Below, piece after piece: positions 46,189 through 60,182 of a DNA stretch of 64,000 bases; position 1 is the first letter of the stretch; every line of letters starts with the position of its first letter. The stretch lies in contig OZ024740.1 of the NCBI GenBank assembly GCA_964016885.1, positions 187,736,001-187,800,000 of the forward strand. The letters are read 5' to 3'. The notes below the pieces were generated by a model. That model saw only the letters and a list, made by a program, of their open reading frames with translations, was not told the DNA's origin and made no database searches. The stretch is from Eledone cirrhosa. Lineage: Eukaryota. Position numbers and translations under genes: made by a program.

Positions 46189-49100
46189 GCCAGGAAGCCA
46201 GGAGCAACCACTACTGAATTCAAGCATAATCGCTGAACTACTAAATGACAGTTTTCACTCAGGCAATCACTCAGTCATTATCGCCATCACCATCACCACT
46301 GCCACCATCTCCTGCCACATCTACATCTTCTCCCACATCTACATCTTCTGCCTCACCAACTGCTAGTAATGGACCACTGCTCTCTCTCCCACCACAGTTG
46401 TCATCATCATCATCATCACCACCAATGCTTTCTTCCCGCACATTACCACCAAAGCCATGACATAGTCAAAAGAACTATAAAAAAAAAGTTCTATGGAGCA
46501 GTATGCACCTCCCACTAAACATACTAGAAACCCCAAAATATGCCGCTATTCACTACGTCAGAGGCTATGCACACGTAGCGACTGTATATTTACCCATTTA
46601 CTGGGTACTAGGTGCACTAACACTGACAGCCATCACCAAAGCAGGCTGCCTGCACGTATAGGTTGCAGTCCCAAAATCTGCCAACATTCCCAACGTGAGA
46701 GGCTATGTCTGCTGACTGACTGTCCCTTCACTCATCTTTCTGGGACACAATGCACAAACAGAAAAGGGGCTTCATGCCAACCCACAATCCACAATAAAAC
46801 CACCCCCTGCTGCGGTAATGCTGCTCCAGTCTCCTCACAAAGACATGATTACAACAACAAAAACAACAAAAGTAATGCTGCTCCAGTCTTGTTACAAAGA
46901 CACGATCACAACAACAACAAATACAACAAAAATAACGCTGCTCCAGTCTTTTCATAAAGACACAATTACAACAAATACAACAAAAACAACAAAAGCGGGA
47001 ACTACAACTCTATCCAATGTTGTAACCACAAATCCAATAAAAAAACTGCTCCCTGAACAAAAAAAAAATCTTTCTTTTTTAGCCATGAACCTGGAAAAAG
47101 AGATAGAGAAAAACATTTTAGCCATCACCCAACACCAACCTTGTTGTCACTAACACACAATCACAAAACAAGCCCCCTGCAACAGTCAAAACCAGCCACC
47201 TCACTAGCCTCCACATTCTTACTCAATACACAAGGTATCAGCCCATCCATCAATGCACAGAAATGGAAGATCCAATTCATTGAGGATTTGGTTGGTAACC
47301 ATCCATTTCACATCTCCTTCTTCATTCTTACTGAGACCCACCTTGACAAATCTCCCACTTGGAGGCCGAAGTAAGAGTGAGAAATATCACAACCATCCGT
47401 GCGGATTGTATTGGCAGAAGGAAGGGTGGAACTGCCATTTTCCTGCATGATTCCTTTACGGCAGATGGCAACACAACATTCTCTAATGGATACTGTGAAT
47501 CAGTCACTGTGCACAATAAAGCCAATGACCTGACATTAGTTGGGCTCTATAGGCCACTACAAACACCCATAATCTGTTTCAAAGAATGCCTCAACAGTAT
47601 TAAATGCTTTATTAAACAGTGCCATTCTAGCAACATACTTTTGATGGGAGATTTTAATCTACCCTGTGTCGATTGGTCTACATGTAGTTTGAAGCCAGGC
47701 TCCACAGCCTCAACCACTGACAAAGAGGCTGTCGAGTCACTTCTTTACTTCATGAATGAGTTTTTCTTGTCCCATCTTGTCCTTGCACCAATGAGGCATC
47801 AGAAGAACATTGTGGATCTAGTCTTTAGTAACCACACTAACACTATACATAATATTACAGTGGAAAAAACCCTTCTCTCAGACCATGACATGGTTCTTTG
47901 TAACCTGAGATTCCACCAGCCGAAAGCTAATCCCAGGGTCCTCTCTCCAGCCCTCCCATTTGATCTCTACAATGCCAACAGGGATGCAATTATGAATGAA
48001 CTATCACATGTCAACTGGTCTTTTACACACGCACACACTTCCACCAACATCAAAACATCTTGGCAGATCTTTGTAGACACTGTCACAAATATATGTACAA
48101 AACACACCCTACCAAAACCTGTGAACAAAAGTGCAGTATCCCCCAAAACAGAATATCAGAAAAATAAAAAGAACAAACAAAAAAATTAACATACTAAAAT
48201 ACTGCCAACAGCAACACACACATTCAATGGCTATCACCCTGCTTTAGTCAAAAAAATATAAACTCCAGCAATGCATGATGACCATCATCAATAACCAGAG
48301 AATAGCTGAAGAGAGGTGGGCCATAGAGAAAATCAAACTCAACCCCAAAGTGGTCTTCTCATTTGCTAATAAAACACAAGGTCACCGTCTCCACTGTTGG
48401 CCCCCTAGTTGATGAAAATGGCACACTCCAGGACAATGCCAAAACCAAGGGCGAGATACTGCAGAAACAATACTGCTCTATTTTCAGCAACCCTGATATG
48501 GCAGATCTGGGCCGTATCAGTCATATAAATCCCCAACACACAATATCAGACATAACGTTTGGCGCCCCTGATGTCTTAGCGGCAATAAACAAAATTAAAC
48601 ACAATTCAGCAGTAGGCCCCGACAGGTTCCCTGCTTGTGTCCTGAAGGTGTGTTGACACCAACTTGCAACTCCTCTTGCTAATCTGTGGAGGAACTCACT
48701 GGACACTGGCTATATTCCTGAAAACCTTCTGTCCCAGTCTGTTGTCCCAGTCTTCAAAAACTGATGTCACTGATGTCATCTACCTTGATTTCAGCAAGGC
48801 CTTCGACAGGGTTGATCATAAAATTCTACTGAAAACACTATCCAATATTGGTGTCTCTGGAAGATTACTACAGTGGATCAAATGTTTCCTGACAGGCAGA
48901 ACCCAGTATGTTGTAGTCGAATGAGTAAAATCAAGCCCTGCCAAAGTCAGCAGTGGCGTCCCAAAAGGGACTGTGTTGGGCCCACTTTTTTCATCATCTA
49001 CATTAATGACATTACTGACATCATCAAACACAGCAACATCACAACCTTCACAGATGATTCCAAGCTCCAAAGTCTCATCAATGAGGTGAGTGACCGGACT

Positions 49101-50022
49101 TGCCTTCAGTCAGACCTATTGGCTGTTATCCAATGGGCAGAGATGAATAATATGTTGTTGAATGAGGATAAATTTGAACTAATACACTTTGGATAAAAGT
49201 ATGCCCTGAAACTACCATACTCTCTTCCTTCGGGTGAAACTCTAGTGGTTTCCAATAACATCAGAGACCTTGGAGTAATTGTGGACAAAAATATAAGTTG
49301 GGCCCCTCATATAAACAGCAAAGTTGATATGGCCCGCAGAATGAGTTCCTGGATTCTCAGAACATTCCAGTCGAGAGATATCCACACTCTTGTTAATCTC
49401 TTCTCCACTTTTGCCCAACCCCACCTGGAATACTGTTGTCCAGTGTGGTCACCCCACATGAAACAAAGTATCATGAAAGTTGAAGCACTCCAAAGGTTAA
49501 TTAAAAAAAAAATAGTTGGCATGACAGGCCTTGACTATTGGGGTCGATTAGAACAGCTCAAACTTTATTCTCTTCAAAGTCGCCGTGAGCGCTACATTAA
49601 CTGTATGATGTGGAAAATATTCCATCAGCTTAGTCCAAATGATGATGGCATCACCTTTAGTGTACACCCAAGTCTTGGGCCCCGTGCTATCCGCCGCCCA
49701 CGACAAAAATCCCACTCGCATCACATAACAACAATGCGGCACAATTATTTCACCTCAATTGGCCCTGCACTCTTTAATATTGCACCAAAACACATCAAAG
49801 CAGAAACAGACCCCATCAAATTCAAGAAGTCTTTGGATAAATCCCTTCAAGAAATCCCGGATAAGCCTCTTACATCCGGATATGCCTCCGTAAACAATAA
49901 CTCTCTGCTCGAGTGGGCAATGGTGCCCAAACACTGATTTGTAAGACTTAGCTAGGTGGTGCTATGAAGTTAGACATGGCCTGGGCCTATACTGGCCGAA
50001 ACCTATCAAAGTTATCAAAGTT
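46012..50022 (+). mobile_element. CR1/L2-group LINE, decayed (CCCH zinc-finger region, APE, RT)
   Basis: Two KIC..S.R.RLC...DC.FTHL repeats. APE motifs LTETHL, GGTAI, GLYRP, LLMGDFN, DLVF and SDH. RT motifs SAVGPD, YLDFSKAFD, SGVPKGTVLGP, FTDD, RDLGV and PHLEYC. Ends in a tandem tatcaaagt repeat then (TA)n. Many frameshifts and an RT-internal deletion near 48760. Confidence 0.88.
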
Positions 50023-50122
50023 ATATACATATATATATATACATATATATATATATACATATATACATATATATATACATATATATATACACACATATAT
50101 ATATACAAATATATATACATAT

Positions 50123-50388
50123 ACAGTATTCAAGTTGGCGTCGGGGCAAACTGGAGAAGAGAAGGACAACAGTGTGGATATTTCTCGACTTGAAAGTTCT
50201 GAGAATCCAGGAACACATTCTGCGGGCCATATCAACTTTGTTGTTTATATGAGTGGCCCAGCATATGTTGTTGTCCACAATTACTCCCAGGTCTCTGATG
50301 TTATTGGAAGCCACTAGAGTTTCACCCAAAGGAAGAGTGAATGGTAGTTTCAAGGCATCCTTTTTTCCAAAGTGGATTTGTTCAAATT
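50123..50388 (-). mobile_element. Inverted fragment of the same CR1-like family
   Basis: Encodes [34 protein letters not shown], a diverged paralogue of 49170-49435. Confidence 0.85.
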
Positions 50389-50402
50389 TATATATATGTA
50401 TG

Positions 50403-50469
<67 letters not shown>

Positions 50470-50482
50470 GTATATGTATATA

Positions 50483-50531
<49 letters not shown>

Positions 50532-50770
50532 GTGTATATATATATATATGTGTATATATATTTATGTATATATATATATTTATGTATATATGTATATATA
50601 TATGTATATATGTATGTATATATGTATATATATATGTATGTGTATATATATATGTATATAGGTATATGTATATATATGTATATATGTATATGTATATATA
50701 TATGTATATGTATATATATATGTATATGTATATATATATGTATATGTATATATATATGTATATGTATATA

Positions 50771-50809
<39 letters not shown>

Positions 50810-51068
50810 ATATGTATATATATGTATATATATATATGTATATATATTTATATATATATGTATATATATGCATATATATATATATGTATATATATATATG
50901 TATATATATGCATATATATATATATGTATATATATATGTGTATATATATATGTGTATATATATATGTATATATATATGTATATATATATATGTATATATG
51001 TATGTATATATATGTATATATATATATATATGGATACATATATATGTATGTATATATATATATATGTG

Positions 51069-51099
<31 letters not shown>

Positions 51100-52157
51100 G
51101 TATGTATTTATATATGTATATATATATGTATATACATATATATATATAATATTAACAGAAATCTCTTAAATACAACGACTCTCGCTAATAAAATCTGGCA
51201 ACTCAAGGATGCAAACATGGAATATAAAATCACCTGGACGAAGCTAGCAAAAGCAACGGCCTATCAAATTGGTATGTCCCACTGCGGTCTTTGTAATATG
51301 GAACTTTTCCATGTGTATTTTAAATTACAACAAAATACTTCTTAACAGTAAAATTGAAAGAACTATTTTCTGTCGACATAAATCGATGACCAAATTTAGA
51401 CCAGCTTACTTCCATCTTATCTATTCCATAACCAAGATTGTACCACTTACATCTATTATAATATCACATTATCAGCATCATCATCATTATGATTATGATT
51501 ATAATTATAATTGTCATCATCTATCAAAGAACAACATCAAAACCTCTTATATTTACATTCTTATTTTATATATCTCTATCTTTCTTTCCTAAATTTATTT
51601 CATCTCTTACATTTTATTTTATCATATAATATAACTTAAAACTAATTAATTCATTTATTTATTAAAATAACCAATACACACATAAATATATTTAACATTA
51701 TCATATTTTTACCTTCATATCTCTCATATTTTAACAATTCTCAAAAACCACTCTCAATAATTTTAATGTTTAAATATTCTTCGCACATTTTTACTTTTTT
51801 ACGTATTTATTTTCATTTTTCATATTTCACATTTTATATCACATTAGATGTAATTTATTTATCTATTTTTTATATATTCATTTTTATTTTCATTTATTCA
51901 TATAGTAACGTTTATTCATTTATTGCCGATATCATTACTTTTTCCTATATTTTTCTTTCTATTTTACGTTACTTCTTATGCTTGCCTCTCCTCTGACTAC
52001 CATCATTTCCATATATTTTCTCTCTTTATATTTTTCTCTGTAATCATTTCTCCTGCTTATGCTTCTTTCTCTTTTTCCTTCTTTTTTCTTTTCCCTTTCC
52101 TTTCTTTCTTTCTATCTCCCTTTCTTCCTTCTTTTCTCTGTCTATCTTTATTATTAA

Positions 52158-52751
52158 CTAGCAGTTGTACCCGGCGTTGCACGGGATAAGGTATTTTGGA
52201 ACGCGGGCCGCAAACAGACCTAATCGTGGAAAAACTGCATGCCTGGACAATATGTAAAGAAAATAAACTGAATACTCTGATGGCTGGATAATCTTTAACA
52301 TTTTCCTCGATGAAGCAGGAAAAATACAGGTTTTCACCTAATGCGAGGCTTAGAGGATCAAGAAAATAATTTTTTTTATGTGCATAATATGCCTTGAAAT
52401 TTCGAGAAAAGCGGCTAGACGTAACGCCTCCAAAAAGCCCTAAAAAGCTGAAAAAATAAATTTTTCACCTAATGCTGGTCCTAGACCATGAAAAAGTAGG
52501 ATTTTCTTTGCTCCCGGTATGAAGAATAGACTGAATAATACATAGTTACAATTTCAAGGAAATCGGTCTGACGTACCACCTTACATAACCCCTAAATACC
52601 TGAAAAAACGCATTTTTTCGCGTAGGAGATTAACAAAAATTGAATTTTTTAATGTGGATAACACTCCCTGAAACATAAGTAATACACATGTAAAGTTTGA
52701 AAAGAATCGGTTGGGTACTTATCGAGATTTACGGATTCAAACTCACACACA

Positions 52752-52811
<60 letters not shown>

Positions 52812-53114
52812 TCCTCAGGGAAGTGACGTAATGCAAACAGCCAGACATACAGACAGATATTATAAGGGCAGGGCGTTATAAGTATGTATCTATCTAAAAA
52901 GAGAAAGACTAAGAATTATAGAGAGAGATCGTCAAATCGCCTAATGCGGTCCCTAGGGCAATGAAAATTCAAAATTATTTTGGCTCACGACATTTCCCGA
53001 AACACAAGTATTACATGTATAAAGTTTGACAACAGTCGGTTAAGTGCTTCTCTAGTTTTAGGTTTTCAAACTCACACACACACAGACAGACATCCTCAGT
53101 TTTATATATATAGA
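52158..53114 (-). mobile_element. Non-autonomous Helitron-like element (same termini as 40542-41757)
   Basis: Minus strand runs TCTATATATATAAAACTGAGGATGTCTGTCTG ... cccgtgcaacgccggg tacaactgCTAG|T. Confidence 0.85.
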
Positions 53115-54099
53115 CTAGCAGAAAACCACCCGGTGGGCGGTTTTCTGCTAGAAAATCTAGTGTATATACTGATATTGTTGAGATTTGGATGAGAAATGTT
53201 TTCGGCACCACATGTTCACCGTCTCTCGGTGTGTCTTTTAAGCATGTATAAATATATATGTTATCTATACGGTGAAATCTTTGAAATAAATATATGTTAA
53301 AACAAAAAAGGAGAAAATAAATAACTTGCGGTTAGAAAAAAATATTCCTATGAAATTTTGATCATACCATTAGGTGTGAATAAGGAAATATTTTTTCATT
53401 TTCAAAACAAATGTTCAAAAGTTAAACTTAAATTTTTTGAATTATTTCCAATTTTTTCATGAAATTGAACACTGGACATTGGCTGCTGGAAATGGAAATT
53501 AAATCGTATTTAATTGTATTTAAATTTCTAACCTTATTTTATTATTTATATTTTTTCAATAAGAAATAAAAAAAAACAACAAGAAAAATTGAAGAAAAAA
53601 ATTGAATAAATCAAACGTAGGTTATGGAACTGCGCAATCTGATTAATAAATTACCTCATCAGCAGCAACCTTCTTCAAATGGTCCTTATTATCAGCAACA
53701 ACAACCACAAATTCAATGGCAACCTTCTTCAAATGGTCCTTATTATCAGCAGCAACAACCACAAATTCAATGGAAACCTTCTTCAAACCACAAATTCAAT
53801 GGCAACCTTCTTCGCATGGTGTCAAATCAGAACCGCCTCGAACTGGTTACTGCTGGCTTGTGCAAGGTGTCTCTATAGCAACCAGCGATTCCCTCGGCCT
53901 TAGTGACAAAAGTCAGTGGAGAGGGGAAGGTAATGTTTCTGTAGCACTTGTTTTAGAGTCTATTCACTCTCCCTCTCTCCCTCCCGCTATCCCCCTCTCG
54001 TAGTCTGTCTCTTTCTTTCACTCTCACTCTCTCTCTACGCACGTGTTTCCACTGTCGGACAGACAGACAGAGAAATTGCTGGTTATATATATAAGTAGA
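53115..54099 (-). mobile_element. Second Helitron-like element, head-to-tail with the first
   Basis: Minus strand 5' end is A|TCTACTTATATATATAA...ctgtctgtctg. The 3' end is the palindrome ctagcagaaaacc-N11-ggttttctgCTAG, directly abutting the TC of the neighbour. Confidence 0.7.
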
Positions 54100-54160
54100 T
54101 ATTATTGATGATGTAATTTGAATTTGTAAATTTGCCGGTTATATATATATATATATTATA

Positions 54161-54272
54161 ACAGTTTCCGAAGATCTGATCAAGCTAACATCGTATTAAA
54201 AATTGAGTGGCACTGCCTCTAGTGTTCAGCAATTTTTAGACATCTTTATCAATGAAACAATTGTTAGACTGT
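54161..54272 (+). ncRNA. Hammerhead ribozyme-like motif, long stem II, core CCGAAGA
   Basis: ACAGTTT-CCGAAGA-tcTGAT...AAAAATTG..CAATTTTT...ATCAat-GAAAC aatt GTT-AGACTGT. 7-bp stem I and palindromic stem III. Confidence 0.7.
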
Positions 54273-54405
54273 AAATAAATCCCCGTTTTTGTACTGTTGA
54301 CCACGTTTTTCTCCACTTTTTCAATTATATGTATATATATATGTGTGTATATATATATATGTATATATATATATGTATATGCATATGTATATGCATATGT
54401 ATATA

Positions 54406-54448
<43 letters not shown>

Positions 54449-55081
54449 GTATATATATGTATATATATATATGTATATATATATATGTATATATATGTAT
54501 ATATATATATGTATATATATATGTATATATATGTATATATATATATGTATATATATATATGTATATATATGTATATAAATATATGTATATATATATGTAT
54601 ATATATATGTATATATATGTATATATATATGTATATATATGTATATATATATATGTATATATATGTATATATATATGTATATATATATACATATATATAT
54701 GTATATATATATACATATATATATATGTATATATATATACTTGTATATATATGTATATGTATATATATGTATATATATGTATGTATATGTATATATATGT
54801 ATATATATGTATGTATATGTATATATACATATATATATATGTATATATATATGTATATGTAAGTATATGTATATATACATATGTATATATATGTATATAT
54901 ATATGTATATGTAAGTATATGTATATATACATATGTATATATATGTATATATATATGTATATATATGTATATATATATATATGTATATATATATGTATAT
55001 GTAAGTATATGTATATATATATATGTATATGTAAGTATATATATATATATATATGTAAGTATATATATATATATATATATA

Positions 55082-56152
55082 CATCCGCGTATTCCTCACC
55101 AGACAACGGGTGTGGGCCCCGTTCGTGAGGCGAGCCTTCCCACAACTCGTCTCGCTGACCGAGCTGCAGTCCTGGGTCAAGCAAAGACTGAGGAAAATGG
55201 GCGACTGGCACATGGTATGTGCTCAGGCGCTCTCAGACCTCTGGCAAACGGACCTGGCGATCAGTGGTGACTCCAATTCGACATTCTATAGAGGGTTGGT
55301 CTGCAGCAAGTGCGACGACACGCTCGGAGAAACGCTAGGCGTAGAGGATGACGAACTGGCCAGTCTGTTCGGTAGTACCTTCCGCCCGAGACCAATGGAC
55401 AACTTCCAAAAGTCCCTGGCCTGGCAGTGCAACCCAGGAGCTCTACCAGTTCGAGACAAGCTCTACAGACACGGGCGCGCGGATAGGGACCCTTCGAAAA
55501 AGATCTGTCCGAGATGCGTGCGCGACGAGGAAACCGTCGCACACGCATTTATACACTGTCCGGGCGTTATCGACCTGTCGGGCTATGTAGAACGACTATT
55601 GTCGCGGATGGCACCAATCCAGTTGACCATCGAGTCCATTGTCATGATCAAACCGCCCCCCTCCTTCAAAAACGAGGGAGAGGTGGTTTTCCTATGTGTT
55701 ATGGCTATGGTGAAAGAGCTTATATGGTAGACGAGGTTAAAAGGGCTGAGGTCAGACACTTTTCTCTCCGGCGAGCAACTGATTCGTTTTTCCAAATATC
55801 ATTTTGGAAGAAGAATCAGGATAGAGAGAGAGGTTCTGTACCCCAGAAAATTTTAGAAAAGGTGGTTGAATGTGACAAAGAAGGCCTGAGTGGTTGGGCC
55901 TTCTCTCTATATTAGCCTGTAGATTGAGGAAAAAGAGGAAGTGAGGAAGGGAGTACTCACTCTTGGTGCTCCTGGAGATGAGGGTTGTACATTTTTTCGG
56001 GGTGTGTACAACCCCTGTGTAACATCTCCCCCCTATTAGGGATTTCAATTGTTATTTGTTATTGTATTAATAGTTTTATTTTCATATACCTGTATGTTAA
56101 CTCCCCATTTGTATTTGTCCCCTTCTTTTGTGCCCTTGTGGCTAATAAAGAA

Positions 56153-56156
<4 letters not shown>
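55082..56156 (+). mobile_element. L1/Tx1-group LINE 3' fragment in (TA)n
   Basis: ORF 55110-55730 has ALPVRDKL...CPRC..DEETVAHAFIHCP (C-terminal CCHC, zf-RVT-like). T-rich 3' UTR with AATAAA just before (TA)n. Confidence 0.8.
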
Positions 56157-56220
<64 letters not shown>

Positions 56221-56530
56221 ATATATATGTATATGTATATATATATATTTATATATATATGTATATATATGTATTTTTATATGTATGTATATATGTATAT
56301 ATATGTATATATATATATATATATATGTATATGTATATATGTATATGTATATATGTATATGTATATGTATATATGTATATATATATATGTATATGTATAT
56401 ATGTATATATATATATGTATATATATATATGTATATATATATATGTATATATATATAGGTATATATATATTTGTATATGTATATATGTATATATATATAT
56501 GTATATGTATATATGTATATATATATATGT

Positions 56531-56596
<66 letters not shown>

Positions 56597-56751
56597 ATAT
56601 AAATTTTGAGTATATGTTGGTTGTATACCAACACCTCAGAATGCAGATTGGAGCACTTGACGAAGTGCGCAGTTTGGTTTTGTTTATCTGGAGTAATGTA
56701 AATTAAAATAACATAAATAATTCAAATGTTTAAAATTTGGCTTCGTTTATT

Positions 56752-56806
56752 ACTGCTATATATATTTCGGTGACAGCCATCTTTGGCTGTGACCTCTTCA
56801 GTCAGT
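56752..56806 (-). ncRNA. Hammerhead ribozyme (canonical core, (UA)n stem III) in a ~325-bp pLTR-like insert 56600-56925
   Basis: Minus strand reads ACTGa-CTGAAGA-GGtcACAGCCA aaga TGGCTGTcaCC-GAAA TATATATA-gCAGT. Confidence 0.75.
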
Positions 56807-56929
56807 CCGAATTAGTGTGGTACAGACGAGTACACATGTTGTTGAGGTGTTTAACGTTGTCAATACCCTGATATGCACAGTTCCTGGTTGGGTTGTTATT
56901 TCACGGAGGAACTGGAAACATTTTGTATG

Positions 56930-56962
<33 letters not shown>

Positions 56963-56966
56963 ATGC

Positions 56967-57098
<132 letters not shown>

Positions 57099-57175
57099 GT
57101 ATGTGTGTATATATATATATAAATGTATATATATACATATATATGTATATATATATATAAATGTATATATATACC

Positions 57176-57209
<34 letters not shown>

Positions 57210-57226
57210 AATGTATATATATACAC

Positions 57227-57280
<54 letters not shown>

Positions 57281-58012
57281 ATATATATATATATATACAT
57301 GTATGTATATATATACATACATATATTTATATATTTATATATATGTATATATATACATATATTTATATATATATATATGTATATATATACATATATGTAT
57401 ATATGTATATATATTTATATATGTATATATATACATTTAAAAAAAAGACCGCGATGATATTGCTTTTTGCTGAGCTTTTTTTGTAGAGTTTTCTTTCGGA
57501 ATGTTTTTGACTGTTGTTTCATGTAAACTAACATTTGTCTCATTCTGACGTCACCAGCCCTGTTTTTCCACATGTGCGTTTATTTTAATAACCACGCATG
57601 ATGTTAAAGTAGTTTGCTTCTAAATTCCCTTTTTGGCATATTACCAGTGAGACCTTGTTAACCATGTTGAGCTCTGCTGATGAACGAAATCCAACCGTGA
57701 TCATACCCACTGAAAGTTTTCGTGAAATAGTCTTTTCAAGACTATACAGAGCATTTGAAGTTGTCCCAAATAGAAGGTTGAGTACTTTAGACTTTGTTTT
57801 ATCATGAGTTAAGGCTCTATTGATTTTTCCCTGGATTTCTCTAAATTCTCTTGGATAAATCTATATCCTGATTCCTTTTGAATTGAGTCTGAATTATTTT
57901 TCCCATATCTTATGTTAACTATTTTCCCATTTTGACGCTATAGTCACATATATGTTATGGAATACTCTTAGCTTCTCGCCACAACAATTTCTATATTTTT
58001 CATTTATATATA

Positions 58013-58129
<117 letters not shown>

Positions 58130-58140
58130 GTGTATATATA

Positions 58141-58185
<45 letters not shown>

Positions 58186-58194
58186 ATATATATC

Positions 58195-58231
<37 letters not shown>

Positions 58232-58278
58232 GTATATATATATGTATATATATATGTATATATATATGTATATATATA

Positions 58279-58328
<50 letters not shown>

Positions 58329-58344
58329 TATATACATATATGTA

Positions 58345-58741
58345 ATTAAGGATATATTGTGAAAGAAGTAGAAGAGTGGATGAATAAGTGTAATATGTAT
58401 AAGTTAGATGGGCATGAAAGGGAGAAAAAAATAATGAATTGAGGATGAATAATCTAACGTCAAAAAAATGTTTATGTTTACGAAGGATTTTTTCAAGGTG
58501 ATATTATGAAGTAAGAATATATTGTGCTGAGTAATAATGATAATTGAGAAGTATCTAGGAAGAAAAGGTACAGATTAGAGGTTAGAAATTAAAAGAAAAA
58601 AAAAAAGAAAAGAAAAACGGAAAAAAGAAAGAAAGGGAAGTGATAAATAGGAGTGATATAGAATGAGTAACTAGTATTATATAATGTATAATAAATAACA
58701 TTGAAATAAGATAGAAAGATGGGTATATTTTTAAAGAAATA

Positions 58742-58775
<34 letters not shown>

Positions 58776-59580
58776 CCTTTGAGAAAAGGATTTTAAATTG
58801 GTAAAGTATTAGATATTAGCTGTATACTTTATGGAATATTCTGTGGAATTTATGCAAGCAGAGAGAAAACAAGTCAGTGCGTCTATTTATTATAGAATCT
58901 AAATTAGATATAATGGTAAATTTTTCACATAAACAGAGATTGCATGTCTTGGATAGAGAACTATTCAAGTATGGAGAGCAGAAAAAACCTTCTTCCAAGA
59001 GATGTTATAGATAATAATTTTGTCTTTCAAGGACCATATGAGTTCTGAGAGTCCAGTGTTGGTTCTTTTAAGTTGGTATTTAAAAGTCGAATGATGATTA
59101 TAAAGACGAGCTTTAAAGGAGGTGGAAGTGGAGCCAAAATAGGTAAAGGAATTGGTGTCAGTTATAACTTTACATTCGTAGATTAAGTTTGTTTCAAGAC
59201 AATGGTTGTGGAGAGGACATTTATTTTTAACAGGGCAATTGCAATTGCGATTAGAGAAATTAACAGAGTTATTAACAAGTGGCCTAGTGTTATCTATAGA
59301 AGGAATTGGATTGGAGAAGTTATTTACGATAGGAATAATAGTTTCTTGATTTAGAATGGGATTAAGAACATTTAACGAAGTTGCGTTTGACGTTGTATTT
59401 GGGTTTGCAGAAATTAGCTTAGAGTTAACAATCACGTCGGGAGTACTATTACTATTATTATGATATTCAGTGTTGGAAGGAAGAGATTTAGTATTTAGTA
59501 TTTTATTGTTGTGTTTAGAGATAATGTTGGAGGAGGTCGAATAGGAAAATGTTATAGTGTGTTTGTTAAATATTTTACTA
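58345..59580 (-). mobile_element. Penelope-like element family F fragment (Asn-rich linker, GIY-YIG, 3' UTR)
   Basis: CNCPVKNKCPLHNHC, LIY...TYFGST..FKARLYNH. After a frameshift, CNLCLCEK...INRRTDL..CLHK. Confidence 0.85.
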
Positions 59581-59592
59581 TAGATATGTGAG

Positions 59593-59941
59593 CTACGACT
59601 TCAGCTATACCATTTACGTGGTTTTGTCTTTGCGTGCGATTGTTCTCCACGCTCCACATATGACGTATTATCTTTGTTTTTTTCCGTTCTTTGCCAGAGA
59701 ACGTCTCTATGAACCACCTAAGAGAACATTAGTCTACGACTTCTTTTATACCATAAACGTGGTTCTGTCTTTGCGTGTAATTGTTTTTCACTGCTCCTAT
59801 TAATGACGTATTATATTCGTTTTTTCCCGTTTTTTCCCGTTCTTTGCCAGGGAACGTTTCCACGAACCAAAGTATCGTCTTCCTGTTTTCCTTCGGTTGC
59901 AACGTTTTTGGCTTAAACTTTAATCTGTTATTTTAATAAAT
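59593..59941 (+). mobile_element. Family A pLTR fragment with the hammerhead deleted
   Basis: Matches 23094-23503 but lacks about 23394-23472. Confidence 0.85.
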
Positions 59942-59947
59942 AAATAT

Positions 59948-60060
<113 letters not shown>

Positions 60061-60106
60061 TATATATACACATATGTATATATACATATTCATATATATA
60101 TACTTA

Positions 60107-60182
<76 letters not shown>

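Larger units (their letters stand above)
51150..54326 (+). mobile_element. PLE 3' fragment (endonuclease C-terminus, 3' UTR, pLTR) with two nested Helitron-like elements
   Basis: 51150-51400 encodes [24 protein letters not shown]...CGLCNMEL...[15 protein letters not shown]. Hammerhead at 54161-54272 before (TA)n. Continuity across the nested elements is inferred. Confidence 0.7.

Noticed and set aside
57677-57690. CTGATGAACGAAA
   Set aside because: No stem II, III or I pairing. Likely a chance match.
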